A stretch of 64,000 nucleotides of DNA from Octopus vulgaris (taxonomy: Eukaryota). The stretch's first letter is position 1; each line of letters begins with the position of its first letter. A model generated the notes under the pieces. The model was not told the origin of the DNA. It did not search any database and saw only the letters and a list, made by a program, of their open reading frames with translations. A program made the position numbers and the translations under genes. Below, in pieces: positions 27,191 to 41,023 of the stretch. The stretch lies in assembly GCA_951406725.2 (NCBI GenBank), contig OX597841.1, forward strand, positions 13,144,001 to 13,208,000, written 5' to 3'.

Positions 27191-28783
27191 GAACCAAGAA
27201 ACAGACTTAGAGAGTCGTTAGAATAACAGCCAGGTGAATTCCATTAAATAGACATTAGACTTCTAAACCAGTAAATACCATTCCTACAAGAAACCTGATG
27301 AAGTATTGCATTACATTAAAATACATTCTAACCATTAAACAATTTACTTGTTAATATGAGCCCACTGATCTCTAAAGAAAAGCGTTGAGTCTACTCTATA
27401 AAGTGGTTGGCATTTGGAAGGGCATCCAGCTGTAAAAGCCATGCCAAAGTAGACCTCACTGGTATTGGTGCCGTGTAAAAAGCATCAAGTCCACTCTGTA
27501 GAGTGGTTGATGTTAGGAAGGACATTCAGCTGATAAAACAATGTCCTTTCAGTTTCTGTTTAACAAATTCACTCACAAGGCTTTGGTAGGCCCAAATCTA
27601 TAGTAGAAAATACTTGCCCAAGGTGGCACTCAATGGGATTGAACCTGGAACCATGTGGTTGAGAAGCAACCTTCTTACCCCAGCCACTCCTGCTCCTATA
27701 TATTTACAGGATAGATGACTCCAGTTCACCCAAAAATCAAATTGTTTCCCCTTCCACCTGCAATTACTGTGGCCTATTAACACACACCTGTAATTACACA
27801 ATTCAATCATGCTTGACACACAGGCGGATAGGAGACCAGATACCAATCCAAACTGGTAACTACACCAAACGGTAGCTTAGAAACGATATTCACTGACTTT
27901 CAAATCCTTCAGAACACTGACTACTGGACACCAAGAAACTGTCTGCTCCGCCACATGGAGCATTCACTGGAACCAACTGCTCTCACTGCTTCATGGAGGC
28001 TCAAATATTCTCACCTGGAAGCTATTTTAAAAGTTTCTTTCAAACTCTTTACACTCCTACATCCCATTTGAAGATTGCAGTTGCTTTCGGCACCCACAGC
28101 ACTTTTGATAACAAGGAACCGATCCAAAACATGATTAGATAAAGATTCCACACTTAACATGTTAAGCTCTACATTCTGTTATCAGTTCACCTACTCCTAG
28201 CTGCATGCCCGTGTGTGTGCATATGTGTGTGTTTGTGTGTGTGTGTGTGTGCATGTATATATATATATACACACATATATATATATACATACACACACAC
28301 ACTTACATAAAATGAGAGATAGTGAACATGCTCACACACTAGAAAACGTCTTTCCCAAAAATGGCTTGTGACATCCCCATAAAAGATTTCATAACTTTTT
28401 TTTTAAAAATCACCTTTACACTTCAAATATATATATCCCTCTCTCTCTCTTTCAGAGAGGCACAAGCACCTACACGCACATATATACACACACGGCAGTA
28501 ACTTCCGCCTGCCGAATTCAATCACAAAGCTTCGGTCGGTATATATATATATATATATAGGGAGAGAGAGAGAGAGAGAGACAGAGACAGACAGACAGAG
28601 ATACATATATATATACCTACATAAAAAGAGATATGTGTTTGTAGGTATGTGTGTACATATATATATACATGTATATATATGTGTGTGTGTGTGTGTGTGT
28701 ATATATATGTATGTAATGTATGTATGTATGAATGTATGTATGTATATGTGTATATATATATGTATGTGTGTGTATATATATAT

Positions 28784-28979
<196 letters not shown>

Positions 28980-29364
28980 TTACGTGTGTATATATGTATG
29001 CATCTACAGTGTTTAAATATAGCTAAGATAAACTAAAATTGTACTTCCTAGCTTCATGTACACCTGTATATAAAAATAAATACATACAAACATATATATA
29101 TATATATACATATATATATACACACACACACACACACACTTTACACATATTATATGTATATATACGGTATGCATGGTATGTACATGTGTATATATATGGC
29201 GTAAAAACCAAAATAGCAGAACGATGCTCTGAAGCTTCAGTAATTCAAGCAGAAGATTAAAAGGATTAGCAATCAACTCTTTCAGACATCTTGGCTGGGA
29301 AACGGCAGACACTGATAACAGATAAGCTACAATACACACCCCCCTCACACACACACACACTTAC

Positions 29365-29401
<37 letters not shown>

Positions 29402-30288
29402 CAGGTGGTAACGCACAACAAGGCTTTTGTGTGCCATGGTGAACATAGTCTTTCTGTATCCATTGTGTCCAACCACCAAGAAATTGGGTGCCTCTGTTGG
29501 AGCTAGGTTTGTTTGCTTGATGATGGTTGGTTGTGCATGTGTGTGTGTAGGGAGAAGGGACTGTGTAATGTATGCGTGTGTGTGTGTGTGCATGTGTGTG
29601 TGTGTGAATATAAGACTAGTACTTATTCTATCAATCTCTTTTGCCGAACATCAGTTGTTAAGCGATAGTGGAGGGGAGTGGGACAAACACAGACACACAA
29701 ACATATACACTCACACATATACATTTATACATATATACGACAGGCTTCTTTCAGTTTCTGTCTACCAAATCCACTCACAGGGCTTTGGTCAGCCCGAGGC
29801 TATAGTAGAAGACACTTGCCCAAGGTGCCATGCAGTGGGACTGAACCGAAAACCATGTGGTGGAGGTAGTGGTGGGGATGGAGGTGGTTGTGGTGGTAGT
29901 GGTGGTGGTAGTGGTAATGTTGGTGGTGGTAATGGTAGTAGTGGCAGTGGTGGTGGTAGTAGTAGTGGTGGTGGTGGTAGTAGTAGTGGTGGTGGTGGTA
30001 ATGGTAGTAGTGGCGGCGGTGGTGGTGGTGGTAGTAGTAGTGGTGGTGGTGGTGGTAGTAGTTAGCATACACACACACACACACATGCACGCAACATATG
30101 CTATAAACCTCACCCCCATCCCCCACCCTATTAACTCCCCACTCCCCCATCCCCTTGCACCCACCCCCTCCTATATTTAGACTCTAACAATAACATCTCA
30201 TGACAACAGGAACACAGGAACCATTTCATCCGCCTTTCATGTTGTTATTGTTATCATTGCTATTGTTATCACCACCACCACCACCACC

Positions 30289-30321
<33 letters not shown>

Positions 30322-30754
30322 GTCATTATAAATATTATTATTATTATTATTATCATCGTTATCAGGGCAGCATGCTGGCAGAGTTGTTCGCATGCCAGGA
30401 CAGGATGCTTTAACAGCATTCCGCTCATCTTTACATTCTGAGTTCAAATTCCACCGAGGTCGACTCTCACCTGTCATTCTTTCAAGGGGTCAATGAATTA
30501 AGAGACCAGTTGTGTGCTGGCGTCAGTTTAATTGGATAACCTCCAGGCCTTGTGCCAAAAATATTACCATTGTTATTTATTATTCGTATACACACAACAG
30601 ATTAGACTGTTGGAAAAGAAAAATTCGTGCTCCAGCATGGCCACAGTCAAATGACTGAAACAAGTAAACGAATAGAAGAATAACAAATAACTTTAGATGT
30701 CAAGAACCCTCTTAAGTATCCTAGCTGCCCCTAATAACACTGTTTTCTGAAGTT

Positions 30755-30787
<33 letters not shown>

Positions 30788-30791
<4 letters not shown>

Positions 30792-31039
30792 GTTGGTGCA
30801 TAATTATTGCGGCTTTTTTTCAACAAATTTTATTCAGCAAAAACAATAGCAATATTTAACAAAAGCATTTTTAAATGACGGTTTTGACCATCTGCCAAGC
30901 AAATGGGAAGCAGTAACTGAGGTAGATAGTGAATATGCTCCAGAACAATCATTTAAAGATGTTTTTGTTAAATGTTGTTATTGTTTTTGTGCAATAAAAC
31001 TTTTTGAAAAAAAGCCACAATAATCATACACCAACACAA
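30788..31039. mobile_element. Mariner-derived MITE with ~100-bp terminal inverted repeats
   Basis: Left arm ttaagttggtgcataattattgcggcttttt...tttaaatga matches the reverse complement of 30949-31039. The centre reads GFDHLPSKWEAVTEVDSEY (mariner C-terminus-like). Flanked by (TTA)n. Confidence 0.85.
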
Positions 31040-31058
31040 ATTTATTATTATTATCATT

Positions 31059-31100
<42 letters not shown>

Positions 31101-31554
31101 TAAGGATTGATGTTACTCTTCTTATTAGGAGAAGTAACGTCAATCCTTAAATATTAACAAAATGAAGTAGATTGTGATTATTATTATTATCATTATTATC
31201 ATTATTATTATTATCATTATCATTATTATTATTAACCTTGCTACATTCTATGTCCACATTCTGCCAAGGTCGACTTTGCTTTCATCCTTTCAGGGTCAAT
31301 AAATTAAGTACTGGGGTCAATCTAGTCAACTGGGCCCCTCTCCCAAAATTTCAGGCCTTGTATCTGTAGTAAAAAGGATCATCATCATCATCAACAAGAA
31401 GCTTCCAACCCACTGCATAACCCCTTGAACAAGTGTCTTCAACTATAGTGCCAGGCCGTTCAATGCTATGTAGGTGAATTTGGTAGATGGAAACTGTATG
31501 GAATCCCATAGTGTATATATGTCAGTATATGTATATGGGAGTGTGTGTGTGTGT

Positions 31555-31956
31555 GCAAGGAGTGGCTGTGTGGTAAGTAGCTTGCTAACTAACCACATGG
31601 TTCCGGGTTCAGTCCTACTGCGTGGCACCTTGGGCAAGTGTCTTCTGCTATAGCCCCGGGCCGACCAATGCCTTGTGAGTGGATTTGGTAGACGGAAACT
31701 GAAAGAAGCCTGTCGTATATATGTATATATATGTATGTGTGTGTATATGTTTGTGTGTCTGTGTTTGTCCCCCAAGCATTGCTTGACAACCGATGCTGGT
31801 GTGTTTACATCCCCGTCACTTAGCGGTTCGGCAAAAGAGACCGATAGAATAAGTACTGGGCTTACAAAGAATAAGTCCCGGGGTCGATTTGCTCGACTAA
31901 AGGCAGTGCTCCAGCATGGCCGCAGTCAAATGACTGAAACAAGTAAAAGAGTAAGA

Positions 31957-31958
<2 letters not shown>
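31555..31958 (+). mobile_element. SINE family A, young subfamily
   Basis: Diagnostic variants ctgctatagccc, ccaatgcc, cccgtcactt and gtactggg are shared with the 37904 and 53501 copies. Confidence 0.9.
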
Positions 31959-31994
<36 letters not shown>

Positions 31995-32243
31995 ACGTGT
32001 ACATGCATGTGTGTATGTGTGTTTCTGTTTGTGTTTGTCATAACAACCAGTGTTGGTTTGTTTACATCCCAGTAACTTAGCAGTTCAACAAAAGGTCCCA
32101 AGGGAATCACTACCAATTACCGAGGTCAGTTTCGTTCAACTAAAAAAAAAAAGAGCCATCAAGGCGGTGCCCCAGCATGGCCACAGTCCAGCGAGTGAAA
32201 CAAGTAAAAGATTAAAGACTAAAGACATACAAGACTGACTTAC

Positions 32244-32398
32244 CTGGGAAGAACCTTCAGATCTTTCCATTGTGGAATCTGGGAGGCTTTCACCCTGTCT
32301 TCTCGCTCGTAAAACTCATGGAGCATATGGGACCCGAGTTTGTCCCAGTTGACAAAGCCCTCACATGTCACATCGATCTTTTCAAACAGTTCTGCATA
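32244..32398 (-). CDS. WDR49: Internal coding exon (155 nt, phase 0/2) of the WDR49/CFAP337-like gene: YAELFEKIDVTCEGFVNWDKLGSHMLHEFYEREDRVKASQIPQWKDLKVLP
   Basis: Acceptor (tc)n-tgttgcAG and donor AG|gtaagt; open frame; EF-hand-like loop DVTCEGFVNWDK; PQWKDL motif recalled from WDR49. Confidence 0.9.
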
Positions 32399-32496
32399 CT
32401 GCAACAGAGAGAGAGAGAGAGAAAACGTAGCAATGAATGAGGGCAGTGGGTTTTAGCTGCTCTTTCAGAGAATAGAAAAATAAACCCAACTTGTTC

Positions 32497-32728
32497 TTAT
32501 TTCTTTACTGCCCACAAGGGGGCTAAACATAGAGGGGACAAACAAGGACAGACAAAGGGATTAAGTCGATTACATTGACGCCAGTGCGTAACTGGTACTT
32601 AATTTATCGACCCTGAAAGGATGAAAGGCAAAGTCAACCTCGGCGGAATTTGAACTCAGAACGTAGCAGCAGACGAAATACCACTAAGCATTTCACCGGG
32701 TGTGCTAACATTTCTACCACCTCACCTA
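32497..32728 (-). mobile_element. SINE family C (core GAGTTCAAATTCCGCCGAGGTCGACTTTGCCTTTCATCCTTTCGGGGTCGATAAATTAAGTACCAG)
   Basis: B-box-like GAGTTCAAATTCC. Further copies at ~2050-2180(+), 26440-26610(+), 30360-30560(+), 31250-31375(+), 40757-40938(-), 49046-49117(-), 49407-49560(+), 49915-50030(-), 50112-50328(-). Confidence 0.85.
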
Positions 32729-32789
32729 GAAACTCAACTTGTTCTGGCAAGAAACAGGATCACCCCTGCAGTGTAGGTGCCATAATTAA

Positions 32790-33475
32790 AATACACCCAG
32801 TTGGAACACCTGAGAGCATAGGTCTGCTGGATCAGGACTGACCTGGGGTTAAACAACAACAAAAACAACAAGGGAGGAAGTGTTCGATAATGTAGTCTTA
32901 GATTTACTAGGACAGAATTAAAGATGGGATGGTCACAGCTGGAACATCTTTGATCATAGGCTAGCTGCATCTGGATTGACCTGGAGTTAAACAGCCACAA
33001 GGAAGAACACTAGATAATGTAGTCCCAGATACGCAATATCTGAATAAAGGATGGGATGGTCACAGCTGGAACATCTTTGATCATAAATCTACTGGAGCAG
33101 GACTGACCTGGGGCTAAACAACAATAGCAGCAGCGGTGATGATGACAACAAAGGAGGAAGTGTTCAACAGTGTAGTCTTACATATATTATGTCTCAATAA
33201 AAGGTGGGATGGTCATGGCTGGAGCATCTTTGATCATAGAGTAGCAGCATCTGGATTGACCTGGGGTTAAACAACCACAAGAAAGAACACTAGATAATGT
33301 AGTCCCAGATAGACTATGTCAGAATGAAAGATAAGACAGTCACAGTTGGGACATTTCTGATCATAAATGTACTGGATCAGGACTGACCTGGGGCTAAACA
33401 GCAACAAGAATACCAAGGAAGGACACATTAGATGGTGTGGTCCTAGATACACTATGTCTGAATAAAAGAGATGGT
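32790..33475 (+). repeat. Diverged tandem array of the same ~130-bp unit (about 5 units)
   Basis: Repeats of gataatgtagtc..agat, gggatggtcacagctggaacatctttgatcata and gacctgggg[c/t]taaaca. Confidence 0.9.
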
Positions 33476-33709
33476 TGTCTCCCAAGTTCCAGTAATCTGA
33501 TAAAATGTACCCAGCACCCAACATTGCAAAGAGGTTAGCAAAGGGACAAGAGGGGGCTTTAGTCTGTGCTGAGATAGGTCAGACATGGCCCCTGTGTGCT
33601 GGTGCCATGACAAGAGGCTGCCAGTATGCTCTGTTGGCTGTGTGGTGTCAAGAAAGGACATCACGCTGGAGAAACTGTGCTGGAAATGGAAGGGCTTTCC
33701 AAATACAGA

Positions 33710-34206
33710 GGTGGTAGTAATGATAGTGGTGATGGTGACGATGATGATGATGGTGAAGAAGGGGAAGAGTGGGAGGATGGCAACGGTGATGATGATGTTG
33801 AGGAGGAAGAAGAGGAGAAGAGGACGATGATGACGATGATGATAACGATGATGGTGATGGTGAAGATGATGATGTAGATGAAGATGATGATGATGGTGAG
33901 GATGATGGCAATGATGATGATGATGACAATGAGAAGGAGGAGGGCAACAATGATGATGATGATGACAATAATGAGAATGATGATGATGATGACGATAATG
34001 AGAATGATGATGATGATGACGATAATGAGAATAATGATGATGATGATGACAATGATGATGATGACGGTGATGATGAGGATGATGGTGATGACTATGATTA
34101 TGATGGTGATACTGATGATGACAACGATGATGATGTATGCAGGGCAATATGTGGTATGTGGCATAACTAATTACATAGATGATGATGATGATGATGATGA
34201 TGATGA
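33710..34206. repeat. Degenerate (GAT)n microsatellite
   Basis: Direct reading. Confidence 0.9.
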
Positions 34207-35111
34207 GGTTGTTTAGTGCTAGATCAGTCCTGATCCAACACACCTGTAACCAAAGATGCTCCATCCATGCCCATCCCATCTTTCACTCAGACACTGTCTA
34301 CCTAGGACTACATAATCTAATGTGTCCTTCCTTCCTTATTGCTGTTTAACTACCCATTTTTAGTCCAGCTTCAAGAAACCATCATCAAATATATTCCATC
34401 CATGACCACCCCATCTTTCAAAAGCTTCTTAGAGTATATAATTTAATATATTACCTTCCCTTTTCCTAGAGACAGTGATGTTCCAGCCATGACCAACCAA
34501 TTTTAAATTCAGGCATAATGTATCTAAGAGTACACTATCTAATGTGCCCTTCCTTGTGGTTGCTGTTTAGCCCCAGGTCTGTTCTGATCCAGTAGTCCTA
34601 TGATCAAATGTGATCCAGCAATGATCATCCTATGTTTTCGTTCGTGCATAGTGTATCTAGGACTACATTATCTAATGTGTCCCTGTTGATAATTTTATTG
34701 TTGCTTAGACCCACGTCCACCTTGGTTCAGCAGATCAAAGTGCTTTAATATCATGAAATACTCCAGTTGCCATTCAGACATTGTCTACCTAGGACTACAT
34801 TATCAAATGTGTCGTTCCTTGCTATTGTCGTTTAGCCCCAGGTTAATCATGATCCAGCAAACCTATGATCAACTGTATTCCAGTCATGACCATCCCGTTT
34901 TATATTCAGACATATCTTTTATCTTTTACTTGTTTCAGTCATTAGACTGTGGCCATGCTGGGGCAGCACCTTGAATTTGTTAAGCCTGCTACTTATTCTA
35001 TCGGTTGCTTTTGCCAAACCACTAAGTCACGGAGATACAAACAAACCAACACCAGTGGTGTGATGGGGGACAAACACAGACACACACCCATAAATATATA
35101 TACACCCATAA

Positions 35112-35144
<33 letters not shown>

Positions 35145-35159
35145 CATACATATATATAT

Positions 35160-35209
<50 letters not shown>

Positions 35210-35628
35210 GACGGGCTTCCTACAGTTTCCATCTACCAAATCCACTCACAAGGCTTTTGTCAACACAAGACTATAGTAGAAGGAACTTGCACAAGGTGTC
35301 ATACAGTGGGACTGAACCTGGAACCATGTGGTTGGGAAGCAGGCTTCTTACCATAGTCTATCTAAGAGTATGTAACCTAATGTGTGCTTCTTTGTCATTG
35401 TTACGTAGCCCTAGGTTAGTCCTAATCCAGCAGAGCTATGATTAAAGGTGTTCCAGGCAAGACCATCCCATCTTTCATTCAGACATAGTGTATCTAGGAC
35501 TACATTAACTGATGTATCTGTTGTTTAGTCCCACTGCAGTCTTGACCAAACAGGATTATGATCAAAGGCATTCCAGCTATGACCATCCCATCTTTCATTC
35601 AGATACAGTATATCTAGGCCTACCTTAT
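34207..35628 (-). repeat. Inverted tandem array of the ~130-bp unit, interrupted by a SINE A
   Basis: Repeats of tatctaggactacattatc, gtttagccccagg and gaccatccc, the reverse complement of the unit. Confidence 0.88.
34918..35352 (-). mobile_element. SINE family A inserted into the 131-bp repeat array
   Basis: Reverse-complement homology; array units continue on both sides. Confidence 0.85.
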
Positions 35629-35651
35629 TTTCTGAGTCCTTTCACATTGAT

Positions 35652-36200
35652 ATCATCATCATGTTTAATGTCCGCTTTCCATGCTAGCATGGGTTGGACG
35701 ATTTGACTGAGGGCTGGTGAACCGGATGGCTGCACCAGGCTCCAATCTTGATCTGGCAGAGTTTCTACAGCTAGATGCCCTTCCTAACGCCAACCACTCC
35801 GAGAGTGTAGTGGGTTCTTTTACGTGCCACCAGCACGGGGCCAGGCAGGCAGTACTGGCAACGACCTCACTTGAATCCTTTATACATGCCACTGGCACAG
35901 GTGCCAGTAAGGTAATGCTGGTAACGAACACACTCGAATGGTGTCTTTTACGTGCCACTGGCACAGAAGCAAGATAGCCGGATCTGGCAACGGTCACGCT
36001 TGGATGATGCTCTTAATACTCTACTAGCACGGGGGTCAAGTGCCAGTAAGGCGACGCTGGTAATGATCATGCTCAAATTGTGCCTTTTAAGTGCCACTGG
36101 CACAGAAGCTGGTTAGCCGCTGTCAATGATCACACTCGTATGGTGCTCTTTGCACCCCGCTAGCACGGACGCCAATCATCGAATTTGATTTTGATTTTCA
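35652..36200 (-). mobile_element. RTE 3'UTR-derived element, reverse orientation, about two internal modules
   Basis: Reverse complement of 24069-24770 with the same 5' start (aaatcaaaatcaaattcgatga). Shorter relatives at ~5860-6085(+), 27390-27540(+), 37540-37780(-), 51040-51135(+), 51481-51850(-), 62350-62560(-), 63780-63888(+). Confidence 0.85.
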
Positions 36201-36706
36201 TTTAACACGAGGAATACTTCCCTGCTATTTCTAGCGAGTCCAGAGACCACATGGTGACTTCTTCGTTAGCTCATACCTGGTGAGGAAGAATTTCTAGGCA
36301 AAATCTCTAAAAGCCTCAAAGGTTTGGCACCATCCCAACAGAATACTCACATAGTTCCACCATTGTTCACATAATAGTTTAACAACTTGTTGGTACAGTT
36401 CCAGCTGGCCAGTTTAGCGTGGGAAAGTTAATATTGGCTCTTATATACACCCACCTGTACTAGCATGTATGTATAATTGAGTGTGTTTGCATAGATGTGT
36501 TTGTGCGTGAATGTATGTATGCATGTAGTTGCACATGTATTTGGACGTATGTGTGATGTGTGTGTGCACCTATGCATGTGTGTGTGTGTGTAAACATATG
36601 CACAAATCTATGCATTCATGTGTGTACAATCATACACAGGTGAATATAAGTATGTTTATTTAACTGTATGTATGTATGCAGTATGTATGTATGTATGTAT
36701 GTACAA

Positions 36707-36743
<37 letters not shown>

Positions 36744-37472
36744 TATATAATTATATTGATATATATACATACACACACAAATATATATATATATATATAT
36801 AAATAGATAGGTAGATAAATAGCTGTATTCATATACACAGATATATAAACATTCATATATATTCGTGTGTATATATATATATATATATATGTGTATGTAT
36901 ATATGTATATATATATATATATGAGAGAGAGAGATAGATAGATAGATAGATAGATAGATATAGATACATATATATATACAAACATATATACACATATATA
37001 TATATATGTGTGTGTGTATTTATATATCTAGGTCTACAGATATATATTCAAATATATACATTGACATATACACATACGCTACAAATATATATATATATAT
37101 GTGTATGTATGTATGTATGTATGTATGTATGTGTATACACACACACACACATGTATGAGCGTCCTGAGGGATTACATTGGTGAAATGCCACTACTTCCGC
37201 CACCACTACTACTTCCATCATCATCACCATCACTACCAACACCACCATGACCACCACCATTAATTATCCTCTCCACTGAAAATCAAAGCAAATATTTTTT
37301 CCCCAAGTTTCACACCTGAGTTACCTGTTTGGTTGTATTTGTAATTAGAGTGTTGTGTTCTATAAATAGAATATGGGGGGGAGCTGCTGGGGAAACAGTT
37401 GTGCAGTTGGTGGTTGGTGTTAGAGGGAGAGCAGGGGCCATATCGGGGGTGGGGTGGGGTGGGGGTGGGGGC

Positions 37473-37505
<33 letters not shown>

Positions 37506-37903
37506 CAAAGAATGCAACACACACACACACACGTATAGATTGGCTCCAATCTGATCTGGCAGTGTTTCTACAGCTGGATGCCCTTCCTAACGCCAACCAC
37601 TCCAAGAGTGTAGTGGTTGCTTTTTAGGCGTCACCAGCACAGGAACCAGTCAGGCAGCACTGGCATTGACCACACTCAAATGGTACTTTTTACATGCCAC
37701 TGGCATGGGTAGCACTCAGGCAGCACTGGCATTGACCACACTCAAATGGTACTCTTTACATGCCACTGACACAGCATGCCACCCATGCACACACACACAC
37801 ACACATACATATTGTTACATTGTTATATTTCAAGATGGTGATTTTTTTTTTTTTTTGCCAAATAAACATACACACTGTATATTGATTCTTTGCTTTTCTC
37901 TTT

Positions 37904-38107
37904 CTCTCTTTTACTTGTTTCAGTCATTTGACTGTGGCCATGCTGGAGCACCGCCTTTAGTCGAGCAACTCGACCCCGGGACTTATTCTTTGTAGGCCCA
38001 GTACTTATTCTATCGGTCTCTTTTGCTGAACCGCTAAGTGACGGGGACGTAAACACACCAGCATCGGTTGTCAAGCAATGCTAGCGGGGACAAACACAGA
38101 CACACAA

Positions 38108-38197
<90 letters not shown>

Positions 38198-38358
38198 GAC
38201 AGGCTTCTTTCAGTTTCCGTCTACCAAATCCACTCACAAGGCATTGGTCGGCCCAGGGCTATAGCAGAAGACACTTGCCCAAGATGCCACGCAGTGGGAC
38301 TGAACCCGGAACCATGTGGTTGGTAAGCAAGCTACTTACCACACAGCCACTCCTGCGC
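37904..38358 (-). mobile_element. SINE family A, young subfamily
   Basis: Reverse complement nearly matches 31555-31958. Confidence 0.9.
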
Positions 38359-39231
38359 TTGTTTATTATTATTCATATTTTATCTTCTATCCTTGTCTGG
38401 AAATCTTTTGTCACACATCTGTGACTTCTTCAGCAACCCTTTCCATCCATGTGTATCCTCCTGCTCTGCCTAGTCCATTCTCCGGAGAATGGACAAGGCA
38501 GTGAATGGACTGACCCCCAAAATCATTGATATTTGACAGGTGTACATATTAGATTCTGCTGAACAGTAGTTTGCGATGATTGTGAGATTGTGGTTTCAAT
38601 TCCAGGAATGGGCCGTGTATTGTATTCTTTGAACAAAACACTTCATCTCATGTTGCACTGCAATCACTTCAACACCTGGCATATGGTATGCCAAGCACCT
38701 GTACAGGTAACGACAATTTGATGGCGGGAGGGAGGGAGTTAATACACAGCAGAAACATTTGATCACCAAAAGCAAATGGCTTGTGCAGATTGTTTAGCGA
38801 AAATTTGCAGAACTGTCTTTCTTGGACGACAGGAGACTGCCATCACCGTATTAGATTCCACAGAATAGTAACTGAAACATTCAGTACTTGGTGTGTTTTC
38901 TCCCATGAAATAAGCAAAACTTGCAGATATATATATATATGAACATATATATACATATATACATACATACATACGTGTGTGTGTGTATATATATATATAT
39001 ATATTATATATATATACACATACATATATATATACATATACATACACACATATATATACACACACACACACAAATATAGAGAGATAGATAGATAGATAGA
39101 TATACATATATATATTATATACATATATATATACAAACATATATTTGTGAATGTGTAAATTTACATATGTGAATGTGAGTATATACACACACAAACACAC
39201 ATACATATCCATGTATATATGTACATGTGTG

Positions 39232-39264
<33 letters not shown>

Positions 39265-39721
39265 GTATACATGTATATGTAGGTATGTATACATATATAT
39301 AAACTCATACACACACATTTATATGTACACTGAGAGGCTGAGACAAAACTTGGGCACTTTAGCATGTATTTCCTGTTAAAGTTTTCACTTTCATTGTATG
39401 TGCACACACCCCTTACACACGCACAAACACATACACACACGCACACACATATATATATATATATGCATACACATACATCAATACATACATGCATGTAGTT
39501 ATACATACACACAAGTACAAATACATATCTATCTATCTATATACACACACATATATATATATATATATAATGTATATATATATAAAATGTATGGATACAG
39601 AAGCATATACACAGGTGTGTCTGTTTTCATAGCAACTGTAGTAGTAGTAGTGGTAGTGGTGGTGGTAGTAGTAGTAGTAGTGGTGGTAGTGGTGGTGGTA
39701 GTGGTGGTGGTGGTGATGGTG

Positions 39722-39782
<61 letters not shown>

Positions 39783-40220
39783 CTGCAGGAGTGGCAGTAG
39801 TCGCGGCAGCAGCAGTAAACAGAGAAGCCCTTCTGGAAAGCTAATATCACATTCTACATCGTTCGCAACCAAAGCTGTAAGTGGATACATGTTGGAAAAT
39901 AATTAAAAACAAATAGATTTGGAATGTGATGGGGGATGCGTGGGTGTGTGGGGAAGAAGGAGGAAGAGGAGGAGTAGGCGATGGTGGTGGGGGTGTCGGG
40001 GATGAAGGAGATGTGGGGGAGGGAGACTGCGTCGAGGGAGGGTGATATCCGTCAGCCTGTCTGTCTATTTGTCTATTTGTCTGTGTCTGTCCGTCTCTCT
40101 GTATCTCCTCTCTTCCTCGTATATATGCATGCGTATGTATACATGGATACACATACATACAAACATACATGTATACATATGTGTATGTATGCACAGATAT
40201 ACATAACTATGTGAACACAC

Positions 40221-40258
<38 letters not shown>

Positions 40259-40495
40259 ATATATATACAGATGTGTATACAAACAAACAAACGTAAGGTA
40301 CATACATGCGTACAAATACGTATACATGTGTTTGTGTATATATATATATATAGGTATATATATACATACTTATATACTCACACACAAACAATGACATTGT
40401 GAAATATTTGCTAAAGGTGCCTTCTACATAAAGTACAATATATGTCCTCTATGTGTGTGAGTGTATATATATACATACATATACATACATATATG

Positions 40496-40531
<36 letters not shown>

Positions 40532-40972
40532 TATATATACATATATTCATATGTGTGTATATGTATGTGTATATATATATATGTGTGTATGCATACATAT
40601 ATATATATATATACATGTATGCATGTGTACACACACATATATGTATATGCATATATATGTGTATAAATATGCATGTATAGTTATTTGTATGTGTATATAA
40701 CTTAGATATGTTTCAACCAAAGATTGACTCAAGCCATGTCAAATATATTTTTTTTAATTGCCCACAAGGGGCTAAACACAGAGGGGACAAACAAGGACCG
40801 ACAAATGGATTAAGTCGATTATATCGATCCCCAGTGCGTAACTGGTACTTATTTAATCGACCCCAAAAGGATGAAAGGCAAAGTTGACCTCGGCAGAATT
40901 TGAACTCAGAACGTAACAGCAGACGAAATACCGCTACCAAGCCATGACTAAGCACCACTTGTAAATGCATGT

Positions 40973-41023
<51 letters not shown>

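Noticed and set aside
28015-28160. ATG-initiated minus-strand frame ending at ccag|gtgaga
   Set aside because: About 48 codons with no homology; such frames occur by chance.
36277-36455. Exon-like island on the minus strand (LELYQQVVKLLCEQWWNY|gtgagt)
   Set aside because: Weak acceptor, no recognised homology, and the flanking WDR49-like exons join without it.
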